Shown here piece after piece: positions 62,990 through 64,000 of a stretch of DNA of 64,000 nt. The number at the start of each line of letters is the position of its first letter. Position 1 is the first letter of the stretch. The position numbers were made by a program, and so were the translations under genes. The notes beneath the pieces were generated by a model, which was given only the letters and a program-made list of their open reading frames with translations, had not been told where the DNA came from and ran no database searches. This stretch comes from Takakia lepidozioides (taxonomy: Eukaryota; Plantae; Bryophyta), in the NCBI GenBank assembly GCA_030704615.1, contig CM060734.1, positions 7,068,001 through 7,132,000 of the forward strand. Reading direction: 5' to 3'.

Positions 62990-64000
62990 CCCATCTGCAT
63001 TTTTGTGTATCTTGACATCGGGAAGTCAGGTTGGATCTACAACAGGGATGACTGTAAATGGAGTGTCTGAGGATCCTGAGGCTAGTGATGAGCCAGGTGG
63101 TACTAGAGATATATATGAGGATTCCGCTGTGTTGGACTACCTCCGCACTGGAGACACGGCCGCCACTGTGACTGCCAAGGAGAGGGATCGGATCCTGCAA
63201 CGAGCCAAGAGGTTCAAGTGGGAGGGGATACACCTGCTTCGAGTGTGGGAGGATGGTCGGGTGAGGATTGTGCCTCACCCAACACAGCGTGCACGGTTAG
63301 TATGGCATGCCCATGAGGAGTTGGGGCATTTTGGAGTGCGACACACTCATAGTCTACTGCAGGGGCAGTATTGGTGGCGTGGTATGCACACAGAGGTGCA
63401 ACAATTTGTGGCTAGGTGCATGGTGTGTGACAGGGTGCGTGCTTCATTCAATGCCCCTACACCACAGTTGCATCATTTACCCATCATGAGATTGGGCTAC
63501 AGGTGGAGTCTTGACTTCGCAGGGCCGTTGCCACTGACGATACGCCACCACAGATATGTGTTGGTGATAGTGAAGCACTTCTCCAAGTGGATTCAGTTGG
63601 TTTTGTTGCCTAACAAGGTTGGCGAGGGGGCTGCGTATGCATTATTGGATTGTGTGCTTAGCTGATTCGGTGCTCCAGCTGAGGTACTCATAGACCAAGG
63701 GAGAGAGTTCTTGGGGGAGTTTCAGGCTTTGTGTGATAAAGCCTTGATAGACCACCGCACCACTTCTCGGGATCATCCTGAGGCTGATGGCTTGGCAGAG
63801 AGAGTTGTCCAGATGGTGAAGAGGGGTTTGCATAAGTATGGCTTGCAAAAGGGATACCTAGGAGATTGGGATCTTCAGGTAGCCATGGGCTACAGGTTCA
63901 GCAAGCAAGCATCACTTGCATTTTTCTCACCATATTTCCTTCTCTTTGGTCGAGAGTCGGATTTTCCTGCAGCCATTTGTAGGGACACTGCTCAAGTTCT
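62990..64000 (+). pseudogene. Family B RH-INT linker and integrase fragment
   Basis: Near-identical to the reverse complement of about 20150-21160. Confidence 0.9.

Noticed and set aside
62210-62990. Short gene or TE end in the AT-rich segment
   Set aside because: No recognisable domain, terminal repeat or second copy in the window.

Overview
This is eukaryotic, heavily decayed, transposon-packed DNA. It is most likely land-plant heterochromatin, and the bryophyte-like guess is inference only. I see no intact host gene, RNA gene or CRISPR array. Four element types are interleaved. (A) A non-chromovirus Ty3/gypsy element: 5' LTR and PBS at 1-741; gag-pol, a long extra 3' ORF and the 3' LTR at 46.7-58.2 kb. 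(B) A Ty3/gypsy family whose pol carries an in-frame C5-cytosine DNA methyltransferase between protease and RT, plus a PHD finger after integrase; it is broken and inverted over 11-24 kb, with a second partial copy at 60.7-64 kb. (C) A chromovirus with two RH-INT-chromodomain pieces and five LTR copies, one a solo LTR with a CTCAC target-site duplication. (D) The main find: a Mutator-like DNA transposon type whose GCM-like/DDE/SWIM transposase is paired with a spliced gene encoding a ParB/Srx-like domain fused to a beta-class N4C/N6A DNA-methyltransferase fold. That gene recurs four times (one full-length, three 5' fragments), each copy beside or containing an array of long, copy-specific palindromes, reminiscent of a ParB/parS-like module. 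The larger coding regions are pseudogenised, mostly by C-to-T changes in CHG/CG contexts.
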